The translations under genes were made by a program, and so were the position numbers. Below, piece after piece: positions 29,087 through 37,997 of a stretch of DNA of 64,000 bases; positions within the stretch are counted from its first letter, which is position 1; every line of letters starts with the position of its first letter. The DNA lies in the IMG/VR virus record IMGVR_UViG_3300044641_007115, positions 1 to 64,000 of that record; one strand, written 5' to 3'. Under the pieces are notes generated by a model. It ran no database searches and had not been told where the DNA came from. It worked only from the letters and a program-made list of their open reading frames with translations.

Positions 29087-29319
29087 GCTGTCATCGTTTC
29101 ATCCATCTGTGCAATGATTGATTCAATTTCTTCGTTGCACAGATGGTTCTCATCGTCCGACACATATGGATCTTCGATAGATGCCATCACATCATCGGGG
29201 ATCTGGATTGATCCAAAATACAATTGCGCCAATCCCGTATAACATGAGATTTCTTCACGGGTCAACCCAAGACGAACAAAGTATTCGTCACCACCCGGCC
29301 CACTGTACTTCCAAGCCAA
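29083..29319 (-). CDS. Hypothetical protein
   Basis: Convergent small ORF, protein-like composition. Confidence 0.45.
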   Translation of the reverse strand: MAWKYSGPGGDEYFVRLGLTREEISCYTGLAQLYFGSIQIPDDVMASIEDPYVSDDENHLCNEEIESIIAQMDETMTA

Positions 29320-29563
29320 CCGGCCCGCCCACGGATGGTCTGCCGGAAAAACAGACGATTTCGGATACCTTGATTTTATTTCGTGTCTCTTCGACCAATG
29401 GATTTTTTTCTTCCAGAAGATCGAAGTACTTCTGCATATCGTCCGGTCTTGGATGACGATAAACTTGGGTTTCCTTTCGAGTGATGTGGTCGTAGCTATA
29501 GCAGTAGTGCTGGTGAATACACGCGGCCCTCACCAAATCTCTCAAGCGATCTTCGAGGATCAT
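29288..29563 (-). CDS. Hypothetical protein
   Basis: Small ORF overlapping the previous gene. Confidence 0.45.
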   Translation of the reverse strand: MILEDRLRDLVRAACIHQHYCYSYDHITRKETQVYRHPRPDDMQKYFDLLEEKNPLVEETRNKIKVSEIVCFSGRPSVGGPVGLEVQWAGW

Positions 29564-29596
29564 ACATTATCTTAGTTCGGACCTAAATACGGTTCA

Positions 29597-30277
29597 ATGT
29601 TGACCTTTAACACATCCCGCTTGCATCAGCCGTCGATGTACTTTCAGACCAAGTTTCCGAAAGACGGCATTGTATTGCACTTCACAGCGGGGACGACCGC
29701 CAGCGGCGCGATTGCGACGTTTGAATCGTCTCCACGAATCAACAAGTACCCGATGTCCGTACCCTACGTGATCGGGAACGACCCGGCGGCGACGGTTTTC
29801 AAACTGTTCGACGATGAGTTTTGGGCATACAATCTGGCAATCACCGGCCAGTGGGCACAGCGACACAAACATGACAAGCGTACAGTTGCGTTTGAAATTG
29901 TCAACCCCGGCCCGCTTCGCAAGGTTGGAGACAAGATGTGTTTCTGGCCGAAGAACTGGACAGCACCATACTGCTCTGTCAGCGAAACGGACAAGTACAT
30001 CGAAGTGCCCGCGTACCGTGGTGAGAAGTTCTTCGCCACGTATACACTCCAACAGATCGCCAATACCGTTGCGCTGTGTGAGATGATGTGCGACAAGTAC
30101 GGTATCCCGAAGGTGATTCCACCAGCGGCGAAACGCATGGCCTTCGACATGCCCTACTTCGATAAGTTCAAGGGTGTGTTCACGCACGTCAACGTCCGGC
30201 CCGACAAATGGGATTTGGGTCCGGCGGGTGAATCGATCTGGCAAGCCCTTCTGAATGCGGGATACCGGGAAGCCTAG
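29597..30277 (+). CDS. N-acetylmuramoyl-L-alanine amidase (Amidase_2), probable endolysin
   Basis: IVLHFTAG, FEIVNPG, H.NVR.DK.D Zn-ligand pattern; late promoter motif. Confidence 0.85.
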   Translation: MLTFNTSRLHQPSMYFQTKFPKDGIVLHFTAGTTASGAIATFESSPRINKYPMSVPYVIGNDPAATVFKLFDDEFWAYNLAITGQWAQRHKHDKRTVAFEIVNPGPLRKVGDKMCFWPKNWTAPYCSVSETDKYIEVPAYRGEKFFATYTLQQIANTVALCEMMCDKYGIPKVIPPAAKRMAFDMPYFDKFKGVFTHVNVRPDKWDLGPAGESIWQALLNAGYREA

Positions 30278-30298
30278 TAACCCATAAATATCACCCGA

Positions 30299-30628
30299 AT
30301 GGAAATGCTAACACCACAAGAACAAGAATCGTTACAGATGGCGACGATCTGTAGCGAATGCCGTTGGGGAATCTTTCATCGTGAAGAGCACGATGGACTA
30401 ATCGTTCGGATGGAAACTCCACTTTGCGGCCACCAAAGTTCATTGATCGGTCGTAACTTCGTCACTGGTGAATTCAAATTCAAGCCGTGCGAAACCATCA
30501 ATCAAATCGGCAACTGTCACATCTTTGAACCGAAGCTGCATCCGAATCAGGAAAACGTCATCGCCCATGATGGTGTTTCGTTCAATGACGATCAAGAAAT
30601 ACTGGACGGAGACGACGACACTCAGTAG
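30299..30628 (+). CDS. Hypothetical Cys-rich protein
   Basis: CSEC...C...C...C; late promoter motif 8 nt upstream. Confidence 0.5.
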   Translation: MEMLTPQEQESLQMATICSECRWGIFHREEHDGLIVRMETPLCGHQSSLIGRNFVTGEFKFKPCETINQIGNCHIFEPKLHPNQENVIAHDGVSFNDDQEILDGDDDTQ

Positions 30629-30646
30629 GAAAAGCGACAACTAAAG

Positions 30647-30682
30647 AAAAAAGCCCGGCATTTCTGCCGGGCCTTTCTTTTT
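30647..30682. terminator. Bidirectional terminator
   Basis: aaaaaa gcccggca..tgccgggc ctttctttt. Confidence 0.8.
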
Positions 30683-30694
30683 CCTAAAGGACTT

Positions 30695-31642
30695 TTAGTC
30701 CTTCTCCACCAGTGCGGCGAATGCATCTTCCTCTTCCTGTTGCCGGGAAGTGGAAGCGCCGCCACCCTTGCCACCCTTCGAGGGAGTCACGTCGAACGGA
30801 GGATCGTCGTCATCTTGCGGCAACACAGTGCGGGTCGTCGCCTTCGCAGCGGACGCCTTTGCTGGTGCCGGGGTGGGAGCGGACGCGGAAGCGCCGCCAG
30901 CCACACCCATGACTTCTTCGAAGCGCTTCTTCAACTCTTCGTAGCTCTTGAACCGGTTCGGGTCCAAGAATTCCTTCAAGCTGTACTCCGAATCCCAAAT
31001 GTTCTGGATCTTCTTCTCATCGCCACCGAACATCGGAGCGGGAGAGTCGAAAACCGAAGAGTCGTAGTTGGGATATCCTTCCACGTTCTTGACCTTCAGA
31101 CGGAAATTCGCACCGCCGAAGAAACAGAACGGGTCCACAGACGGATCATCCTTGAACGGGGGTTCGATCATGTCCTTGATCTTGGTCATGACCTTCTTGC
31201 CGTACTTCCACAAGAACACCTTGCCTTCGTTCTCCGGGTGAGCCGGATCACTGATGACCAGAATGTTGCTGATGTAGTGGGTACGACGGGCACGCTTACG
31301 GGCCAAGGCAATGTTGGCTTCTTCGCCAGTCTGCCACAGCTTGCTGTTCTCTTCCGCCACCGGGTCGGTCTTTCCGATGGTCTGAAGGCTCTCTTCCACG
31401 TACCACTTACCAGTGGGACCTTGGAAGCCGTAATCGTAGGTGGGAATGTACGGGGTGTCTTCGTCAGCGCGGGCCGGAAGGAACCGGATGATTGCGCTAC
31501 CCGTACCGCTCTTATCGCGCTCCAGATTCCAGAAGCGCGTATCCTTGGCGCGTCCTGCACCGGAATTCGTTTCTTCCATCTTCCGGCGAAGCGCGTCCTT
31601 GTTGGCCTGCATATTGGCCTTGAGTTCTGCAAGACTTTTCAC
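30695..31642 (-). CDS. gp32: Single-stranded DNA-binding protein
   Basis: DTRFW...DK.G.G.A.IRFLP; GKWY.E.SL.TIG; GKVFL.KYGKK; GANF.LK; YD.S.F; acidic tail. Confidence 0.95.
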   Translation of the reverse strand: MKSLAELKANMQANKDALRRKMEETNSGAGRAKDTRFWNLERDKSGTGSAIIRFLPARADEDTPYIPTYDYGFQGPTGKWYVEESLQTIGKTDPVAEENSKLWQTGEEANIALARKRARRTHYISNILVISDPAHPENEGKVFLWKYGKKVMTKIKDMIEPPFKDDPSVDPFCFFGGANFRLKVKNVEGYPNYDSSVFDSPAPMFGGDEKKIQNIWDSEYSLKEFLDPNRFKSYEELKKRFEEVMGVAGGASASAPTPAPAKASAAKATTRTVLPQDDDDPPFDVTPSKGGKGGGASTSRQQEEEDAFAALVEKD

Positions 31643-31773
31643 TGTGTTGTTCTCCTATGTGTCTGTCCAATCCTTTCTGCCGAACGTGCTTGAATTTGGC
31701 TTTCGCCCGCCGTCCGACGTACTTTGGCTAACTTCTGACTTTGATCGTAACGTGGGTTCTACCCACGCAAAAA

Positions 31774-32016
31774 CTATTTAGACACCGGCTTTTGATCGCC
31801 GGAATCTTTTTTCTCACCGGATTCAACAACGATTCCGGCTTCCTGTAATCGATGCCGAAGCATCGAATTCTCTTTGAAAAGAGACTTCAATTGATCTTGA
31901 GCCTTCGAAAGCTCTTCGAGCAAAAACAGATTCTCTTCGTGCGATCCGCACAGTTGATCCATCAACGTTTGGATATACAGGTCCTTACGTTCCGGGCTTA
32001 CCTTCGTGACAATCAT
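31774..32016 (-). CDS. Hypothetical coiled-coil protein
   Basis: Coupled to gp59 stop. Confidence 0.5.
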   Translation of the reverse strand: MIVTKVSPERKDLYIQTLMDQLCGSHEENLFLLEELSKAQDQLKSLFKENSMLRHRLQEAGIVVESGEKKDSGDQKPVSK

Positions 32017-32643
32017 CTATGCAATGTACCCCTTGAGAATGGTTTTCAGGCGTTCCTGATTGATATTTAGCCGGGTCAGGAAGGCCGCGTATTTGATCGC
32101 GACCATGCGCTTTTCTTTCCATGCCAAGTCCAATTGGTCAAAGTAGGCATCCATCACAGTGATGATCTTCGGTTGAAAGTGAACCAGCCAAGCGAAGGTT
32201 TCCATCGATATCTGGCCGGACATCAGCAAGGTGTACAGCATTGGCTGTGCGTCGCTATCGCCCCGGATCGACTTCTTCAACGAACCGGCACGCCGCCTAA
32301 TGACAGTCAGGTCGTCTTCGAACTGAACGTGCATGGTGTGGAGCCGCCCCACCCATTTCTGATAGCACTCCAGATCGTAGAGGTTTCCATATTCCTTGGG
32401 TGACCGAGTAACCATCACCGAAAGAAAGTGATCCCGCATGTCATCGATCTTCTTGAACCGGCGGGTCAGTGCGATCCAAAACGTTTGTTTGCTTGGATGC
32501 TCTTGCCACTTCTTCCAGAAGTGTCGCCGGATGATCGGGTTTGACACTTGGTTGAAATAGTCGAATTTCGGTTCAGTCAGGTGCTTGTAGAGTAAGCCCC
32601 GTGTGTAGTAGGTTTCAAATGGTTCAAAGAGCATGTCGCTCAT
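32017..32643 (-). CDS. gp59: Helicase loader
   Basis: Y...L.KH.T...FDYF; W......F..DL..I; IS.ETF; position between gp33 and gp32. Confidence 0.75.
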   Translation of the reverse strand: MSDMLFEPFETYYTRGLLYKHLTEPKFDYFNQVSNPIIRRHFWKKWQEHPSKQTFWIALTRRFKKIDDMRDHFLSVMVTRSPKEYGNLYDLECYQKWVGRLHTMHVQFEDDLTVIRRRAGSLKKSIRGDSDAQPMLYTLLMSGQISMETFAWLVHFQPKIITVMDAYFDQLDLAWKEKRMVAIKYAAFLTRLNINQERLKTILKGYIA

Positions 32644-32885
32644 GTGAAGCGCAAGCGGGCCGTCTTTTTCACCATATGATGCTTTTCGGCATCGTCCTGA
32701 AGTTTGTCGCGTAGAGTCGGGGTTAACAACGTCGCCGCAAATTGGGGTTCCATGTTTTCCTTCCCGGCCACCGCCAAAATTGCGTCAATGATGCGCATCC
32801 CACGACCAGAACGTGCGATTCGTTCTACCTCTTCGGAGAATCGCAAAATGCTGTTTTCATGATCCAGCGGGTCATAGATTGCCAT
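32640..32885 (-). CDS. gp33: Late promoter transcription coactivator
   Basis: F..EVE..........IDAI.........P....L....LK.K...DA; synteny with gp59/gp32. Confidence 0.8.
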   Translation of the reverse strand: MAIYDPLDHENSILRFSEEVERIARSGRGMRIIDAILAVAGKENMEPQFAATLLTPTLRDKLQDDAEKHHMVKKTARLRFT

Positions 32886-32935
32886 ACCTCATTAGTTTAG
32901 CGTCGAAGTTGACACCATCGAATCTAAATGACGGT

Positions 32936-33325
32936 ATGAAACAAAAACCCGCGCAAATCGATTCCGTGAGCGTTCGCCGCGCCACTGACTTCGCGCGCAC
33001 CACCGGGGACGCTACCGTCGCCAAAGCAATCAAATTTCTGGACGATCCAGAACGCCTACAGCGGATCAAGGATTCACAGTGCAAGACATGCTACTACATC
33101 CTTCGGTCGCGCCTTGGCGGTCCTACGGCCACAGAACGGCCATGCGGCATTTGTGGCAAAAACGAAATCTACGACACCACCACAACCGATCCCATCTGTT
33201 TCGATTGCGCTGTGAAAAACGAACTGTGTAAGCGTTGCGGCGGCGACATTCACATGCGGCCCCGCCGGTCATACCGGCCCGATGATGAACGAGAACAACC
33301 CAAGCCCCTCACCCGCCCTGCCTAG
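32936..33325 (+). CDS. Cys-rich putative zinc-binding protein
   Basis: CKTC, CGIC, CFDC, CKRC pairs. Confidence 0.55.
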   Translation: MKQKPAQIDSVSVRRATDFARTTGDATVAKAIKFLDDPERLQRIKDSQCKTCYYILRSRLGGPTATERPCGICGKNEIYDTTTTDPICFDCAVKNELCKRCGGDIHMRPRRSYRPDDEREQPKPLTRPA

Positions 33326-33384
33326 TATATTAGGCAAATCTACATCAACCGGCCCGGATGTCTAGTATATTAGGCATCCGGGCC
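33319..33384. repeat. Tandem 18-bp palindromic repeats, the second inside a 34-bp inverted repeat
   Basis: tgcctagtatattaggca at 33319 and tgtctagtatattaggca at 33359; ggcccggatg/catccgggcc arms. Confidence 0.8.
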
Positions 33385-33388
33385 TATA

Positions 33389-33898
33389 ATGGAACCAATG
33401 ATAAAGTTCTGGAAAGTCCTTGACAAGTGGGGAGAGTTTTCAAACTTCTACCGCCGCGAAATCGTGATCGATGGCCGCAAATGGAAATCGACCGAACACT
33501 ACTACCAAGCGATGAAATTCTACCCCGATGCCACCATCACCCTTGGCACGGAACCGCCTTCACTCGAACCCTACACCATCACTCTTCACGACTACATCGC
33601 CGGGTTAAACAGGCCACGCGAAGCCGCCGATGAAGGGCGGCGTCGTGACTTCCCGATGCGACCAGATTGGGATGATGTCAAAGACGACTTCATGCGCCGG
33701 GCGATCCATGCCAAGTTCACACAGCATGCGGATCTCCGCGAAATCCTTCTCAGCACCGGCGACGACATCCTGATCGAAGACAGCCCGTTCGACTACTATT
33801 GGGGATGCGGTCGCGACGGAAGCGGCAAGAACATGCTTGGCGTGCTCTTGATGGAACTCCGGGATCAACTTCGAACAACGTCAGTATCCTTTTCGTAG
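33389..33898 (+). CDS. NADAR (YbiA-like) family protein
   Basis: FSNFY...I.IDG..W.STEHYYQA.K; KF.QH..L...LL.TG...LIE.SP.D.YWG.G.DG.GKN.LG..LM. Confidence 0.92.
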   Translation: MEPMIKFWKVLDKWGEFSNFYRREIVIDGRKWKSTEHYYQAMKFYPDATITLGTEPPSLEPYTITLHDYIAGLNRPREAADEGRRRDFPMRPDWDDVKDDFMRRAIHAKFTQHADLREILLSTGDDILIEDSPFDYYWGCGRDGSGKNMLGVLLMELRDQLRTTSVSFS

Positions 33899-34132
33899 CT
33901 CTGTTGTGGGGAACAATTTGCCTTCACTCTTCGAACACTGTTCACAGTAATAGACGAACATAGTGAATCGCTGTGTTCCCCACGTTTTCGATTTGATCCC
34001 ACTGGACGCATTGTCCGGCACATCCTCTCCACATTTCTCACAAACCATACCAAAGGCCCGGCGTTTTTCAAGTTCCGTCATCGAAACAAATTTATCCAAG
34101 CCCGAAAAACAGTACTTCCGTACTATTGGCAT
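33881..34132 (-). CDS. Small zinc-finger protein
   Basis: CEKCG...CEQC. Confidence 0.4.
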   Translation of the reverse strand: MPIVRKYCFSGLDKFVSMTELEKRRAFGMVCEKCGEDVPDNASSGIKSKTWGTQRFTMFVYYCEQCSKSEGKLFPTTELRKGY

Positions 34133-34152
34133 TCTCGGTCAAACGAGCGATC

Positions 34153-34614
34153 ATGAAGGTGGAGAGAATGACGATGAAACTTGCCTTGAACAAATCCTGT
34201 TTCGTGCTCGAAGCGACCTATGATGAATTTCAGTCCGCCAAGGCCGCTGGTCTGAACTACACCGGTTTCAAGTGGGACCGGGAAGCCCGCCAGTGGAAAT
34301 CGCCCCATGTGATCGCCGCCGCCCGCGTCGTCAAGAGCTACCGCGAACTCAACAACGTCGAACTCGAAATGACGCCCGAAGCCGCTACGTTCTACGCCGC
34401 CGAAGTCGAGCGGGTCAAGTCGCTTCCCAAGTGCGGTCGGTGCGCCGGAACCGGCATGTTCGTCACAATGGTTCTGAATGGCCGTCCTACCGGCCCCGGC
34501 GGGATCTGCTACCGCTGCAATGGTAAGGGTGTCCAGAACGCCCGCGACGAAGAACGCAACGACAACTACGACCAGTATGCCTTCACTCAGGCTCTTCGCT
34601 CCATGATGGCGTAG
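34153..34614 (+). CDS. Hypothetical protein with DnaJ-type CxxCxGxG zinc finger
   Basis: CGRCAGTG...CYRCNGKG. Confidence 0.6.
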   Translation: MKVERMTMKLALNKSCFVLEATYDEFQSAKAAGLNYTGFKWDREARQWKSPHVIAAARVVKSYRELNNVELEMTPEAATFYAAEVERVKSLPKCGRCAGTGMFVTMVLNGRPTGPGGICYRCNGKGVQNARDEERNDNYDQYAFTQALRSMMA

Positions 34615-34629
34615 AGCATCAGAAATCAA

Positions 34630-34670
34630 AACGGGCCGGAACGTTCATGAGGCGTTCCGGCCCGTTTCGT
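34630..34670. terminator. Intrinsic terminator
   Basis: acgggccggaacg...cgttccggcccgt ttcgtt. Confidence 0.75.
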
Positions 34671-34838
34671 TATTGGTATCAGCTTGCGGCGTTGTTTCTC
34701 CGCTCCCCGGTGCTTCGTGTCGCCGGGTTGGTGGCCCCATCACTGACCGCCGGTTTACGCACACCCCGGCGCGGTGCTCATAACGCCATCGTCAGCTAGT
34801 CCAGCACGAACCAGACCAACAGACCGGCGACCGCGATT

Positions 34839-34915
34839 TGGTAGCGGGAGTGGGAGTTGAACCCACCTAGTACAGCTTATGAGACTGTCGTGCGCACCCG
34901 CTCAGCTTTCCCGCA
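34839..34915 (-). tRNA. tRNA with CAT anticodon (Met/Ile2), atypical
   Basis: ACAGT-CTCATAA-GCTGT anticodon arm, GTGGG-TTCAACT-CCCAC T arm, U1xU72 mismatch, encoded CCA, weak D arm. Confidence 0.75.
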
Positions 34916-34931
34916 TCACTTTTATATAGTA

Positions 34932-35099
34932 TCACAGGTTCTTGATGCCATCGATCAACGCTTGACCGTGCCGGACATCATCAGCACAGGCCGGGCATTC
35001 GAAGTAGTGCTCTTCAAATTCACCCACCAGCGGCTCTGGCAATTCCCTTAACAGGTACCGTTCGACGACTTGGCCGGACACAGCGTCTTCGTGTGACAT
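34932..35099 (-). CDS. Stand-alone zf-HC2 (anti-sigma-type zinc finger) peptide
   Basis: H......VERYLL.EL......EFEEHYFECPACADDV (HxxxCxxC). Confidence 0.7.
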   Translation of the reverse strand: MSHEDAVSGQVVERYLLRELPEPLVGEFEEHYFECPACADDVRHGQALIDGIKNL

Positions 35100-35283
35100 G
35101 TTCATCATTGTACACGAACACTGGAATCCCGACAACCAAAATGATCGCGGCCATCAAGCCGATCAACCATGATTGATACATGGTCATGACGATCATGAGC
35201 ACCGTCCACAGTGCATAGATGACCCTCTGGTGCGCCGGGCGCGTTCGGGCGATGTGAACATAGGCGGCGCGAATCGAATTCAT
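35020..35283 (-). CDS. Small membrane protein
   Basis: MNSIRAA... with two hydrophobic helices. Confidence 0.4.
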   Translation of the reverse strand: MNSIRAAYVHIARTRPAHQRVIYALWTVLMIVMTMYQSWLIGLMAAIILVVGIPVFVYNDEHVTRRRCVRPSRRTVPVKGIARAAGG

Positions 35284-35303
35284 CTGACAACCTCTATGGG
35301 TGT

Positions 35304-35591
35304 TTATACACGCGGAAGCCAAATTTCTTCCATGATCGACAAGTGCCGGTTCCGTTGTTCTTCCGTCAATGGCGGTTGATTGACCAACTTCATCCGGTAT
35401 TCGTCCATGATCTTCTTCAGATATTCTGCTGCCACTCCCGAATGTGGACGGTGGCCGGTTATCAAAATGCCAGCCGGGAAAGGCTTTACTTCCGGGTGTG
35501 CGGCCAGAAACCTTTTGGTGTAGCTCCCGCATCCCGTTGTGGAAAAAGCGAAAGCCCCGGCAATCACCGCGAACAGGTTACGTCTAGTCAT
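35304..35591 (-). CDS. Putative Tat-type lipoprotein
   Basis: MTRRNLF...FSTTGC twin-Arg motif plus lipobox-like Cys. Confidence 0.5.
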   Translation of the reverse strand: MTRRNLFAVIAGAFAFSTTGCGSYTKRFLAAHPEVKPFPAGILITGHRPHSGVAAEYLKKIMDEYRMKLVNQPPLTEEQRNRHLSIMEEIWLPRV

Positions 35592-35595
35592 AGGA

Positions 35596-35898
35596 CTAGT
35601 TTAGCGGCACCCGAACGAACTTGGTTTCCGTCGCGATGTTCGGCGTCGCCGGGACCAGTGTGTACACCTTGGTCGATCCGTCAGAGTAACGGAACCGCAT
35701 CATTTCCAGACCGACGCAACTGACATTCGGAGTGGGATTGGGAACGGGATCTTTGCAGACTCCCCACTCCACCACCTGTGGAATCTTCGGGGAACGTTGG
35801 TCCGTGCTCAACTGTGTTTGAACCAAAGCGAACACTCCGGTGGCTGAAACCAACACAGAGAAAAAAATCAACGTACAGACGTACAAACGTATCATCAT
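35596..35898 (-). CDS. Secreted hypothetical protein
   Basis: Signal-peptide-like N-terminus; exact start uncertain. Confidence 0.45.
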   Translation of the reverse strand: MMIRLYVCTLIFFSVLVSATGVFALVQTQLSTDQRSPKIPQVVEWGVCKDPVPNPTPNVSCVGLEMMRFRYSDGSTKVYTLVPATPNIATETKFVRVPLN

Positions 35899-35952
35899 AA
35901 AGGAATCGTAACACGGTTTTGGCATTTTTCGTCCGGTCTACAATACAAGTAC

Positions 35953-36546
35953 ATGCAGAACACTCTAATCCCAATGGTCGTAGAACAGTCTCCGCGCGGT
36001 GAACGCTCCTACGACATCTATTCCCGTCTTCTCAAAGAGCACATCATTTTCCTTGGCACCGCCATCGACGACGACGTTGCCAATCTGGTCGTCGCACAGC
36101 TTCTTTTCCTTGCGGCGGAAGACCCGGACAAGGACATCAGCATGTACATCAATTCGCCGGGCGGATCGATCACGGCGGGCCTTGCTATTCTCGATACGAT
36201 GAATCTGGTCAAGCCCGACATCGTGACCTATTGCGTCGGTCAGGCCGCGTCGATGGGTGCTGTGTTGCTGGCGAACGGTGCCAAAGGGAAACGCTTTGCC
36301 TTGCCGCACGCACGCATCCTGATTCACCAGCCGTTGATGCGCGGACTCAGCGGACAGGCCAGCGACATCGACATTCACGCGAAAGAAATCTTGCGCATGC
36401 GCGAAATTCTCAACGGAATCTTAGCGACCAAGACCGGACAACCGCTCGAAAAGATCAGCGCGGACGTGGATCGCGACTACATCTTGGAAGCGGATGCCGC
36501 TGTCAAGTATGGCCTTGTGGACAAGGTGATCGAGAAACAGCCGTAA
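35953..36546 (+). CDS. clpP: ATP-dependent Clp protease proteolytic subunit
   Basis: [22 protein letters not shown] (Ser), IHQP (His), DRD (Asp): intact triad. Confidence 0.98.
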   Translation: MQNTLIPMVVEQSPRGERSYDIYSRLLKEHIIFLGTAIDDDVANLVVAQLLFLAAEDPDKDISMYINSPGGSITAGLAILDTMNLVKPDIVTYCVGQAASMGAVLLANGAKGKRFALPHARILIHQPLMRGLSGQASDIDIHAKEILRMREILNGILATKTGQPLEKISADVDRDYILEADAAVKYGLVDKVIEKQP

Positions 36547-36548
36547 CG

Positions 36549-36583
36549 AAAAAAGCCCCGGTCGTAACCGGGGCTTTCGTTTT
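36549..36583. terminator. Bidirectional terminator
   Basis: aaaaaagccccgg..ccgggctttcgtttt. Confidence 0.75.
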
Positions 36584-37067
36584 ATACATCTGACATTGGA
36601 AGTGGTGACGGTGGAACAAAACTGGTATCGACCTGAAGACCGTAATCGCCCGGTGCGACATCATGAATGGACCCCGTGATTGTTGTAGGATTCGGTAAAA
36701 TCATGAACCCGATTTCGCCGTTCAACTCATAAGTGAAATCAAGAGAAGATGTTCCCGAACCAGACACATAAGAGAGTTCGACGATTGATGAATGCATATC
36801 ATCTTCAATATCCATCGTGATCGTCGGGACGCCCACAACAATGACCGGTTCGCTGTATTGAACCCGAAGCCGGAACGTATCGCCCGTTCTGTAGATACCC
36901 TTGTTATCGACAACGAAAACGTTACGAATGACCGCCGCGCCGGTGCGTCGATCAAGGGAACCGATGGTCACCAGAACTTCACCGGTGTCAGGATTCACCC
37001 ATCCTTTCGGGGTTGCAATCGCCTTCGGTGCCCACGACGGCGGATTCGATAGATTCCACAATGCCAT
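36582..37067 (-). CDS. Late structural protein with Ig-like domain
   Basis: MALW start; Y..GD.....V.YSE.V.V.G.P...SGSGT..L.F.Y; late promoter motif. Confidence 0.55.
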   Translation of the reverse strand: MALWNLSNPPSWAPKAIATPKGWVNPDTGEVLVTIGSLDRRTGAAVIRNVFVVDNKGIYRTGDTFRLRVQYSEPVIVVGVPTITMDIEDDMHSSIVELSYVSGSGTSSLDFTYELNGEIGFMILPNPTTITGSIHDVAPGDYGLQVDTSFVPPSPLPMSDV

Positions 37068-37116
37068 AACCTGTATTTAGGTCATCCCCATCCCGGAGGG
37101 ACGACTAAATCTTGGT

Positions 37117-37764
37117 GTGACTAGATCCCAAGCCGGGCGGCTAGGTGCCGCAATTACAGCCCACCGATTCCGACAGGAAGCCATCAGATCATACTACGAA
37201 TCTCCCAATCGATGTTTGCATTGTGATGAAATCATCCATGTTTCAGAAGGCGCGCGGGTCGCAGAGATTCGAAAAAAGAAGTTTTGTGGGCAATCTTGTT
37301 CAGCAATCTACAACAACACACGACGGAATCGACAGACACCTACATGTCAAGTTTGCGGCACTCACGTCACCAAAGGATCAGAAAAGTTCTGTTCTGTAAC
37401 ATGTCACAAACAACACCGGCATACTGAATACATCCAAAGATGGAAAGCTGGATTGGAAGATGGCGTTAACGGTGGAGGAATGTCGATTAGCCCTACTATT
37501 CGGAAATATCTTTTCGAACAGAGGGGACCGGCTTGCTGGAAATGTGGATGGTCACAAGTGAACCCGGTCACAAATCGGGTTCCTCTTCAAGTAAATCATA
37601 TTGATGGTAACCCACTCAATAACAAAGAAGAGAACCTTGAACTCATCTGCCCGAATTGCCACAGTATTACTCCAAATTTCGGAGCATTGAATATGGGCAA
37701 CGGTCGAGAAGTTCGTCGCGCTCGATATCACCAAAAGAAAGTTGGAGCCGGAAGTGGCACTTGA
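37117..37764 (+). CDS. HNH endonuclease (free-standing, Zn-finger N-terminus)
   Basis: CWKCG...LQVNHIDGNPLNNKEENLELICPNCH; FCS..C repeats. Confidence 0.9.
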   Translation: MTRSQAGRLGAAITAHRFRQEAIRSYYESPNRCLHCDEIIHVSEGARVAEIRKKKFCGQSCSAIYNNTRRNRQTPTCQVCGTHVTKGSEKFCSVTCHKQHRHTEYIQRWKAGLEDGVNGGGMSISPTIRKYLFEQRGPACWKCGWSQVNPVTNRVPLQVNHIDGNPLNNKEENLELICPNCHSITPNFGALNMGNGREVRRARYHQKKVGAGSGT

Positions 37765-37819
37765 AGCCACATCATTCGACCTTACAAGGATCGCGCTCTG
37801 CCTCTTAAGCTATTCCGGC
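37743..37819 (-). tRNA. tRNA-Thr(UGU)
   Basis: GCCGGAA/TTCCGGC acceptor, CT-TGT-AA loop, TTCAAGT, CCA. Confidence 0.9.
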
Positions 37820-37832
37820 GTTGGTTGAATTT

Positions 37833-37908
37833 TGGAGCCGCTGGACGGTTACGATCCGTCGCCTAACCCTTACCAAAGGTTCGGTCTGCCGATTGATCCT
37901 ACAGCGGC
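37833..37908 (-). tRNA. tRNA-Thr(GGU)
   Basis: GCCGCTG/CAGCGGC, TT-GGT-AA loop, atypical T loop ATCGTAA, CCA. Confidence 0.85.
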
Positions 37909-37918
37909 GTATTTTGTT

Positions 37919-37994
37919 TGGAGCCGGTGACGACAAATTGAAGTCGTGACTGTGGGGTACGAATCCACTATTTTGCCACTTAAACTACACCGGC
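37919..37994 (-). tRNA. tRNA-Thr(CGU)
   Basis: GCCGGTG/CACCGGC, TT-CGT-AC loop, 8-nt T loop, CCA. Confidence 0.85.
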
Positions 37995-37997
37995 ATG

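Noticed and set aside
30740-31693. Long antisense ORFs (also 50170-51255, 21637-22323, 39231-39956, 29594-30244)
   Set aside because: Shadows of codon-biased genes such as gp32 and parB; no motifs or start signals
33319-33376. LexA/SOS box
   Set aside because: Does not match the LexA motifs I know (CTGT-N8-ACAG, GAAC-N4-GTTC, GTTC-N7-GTTC)
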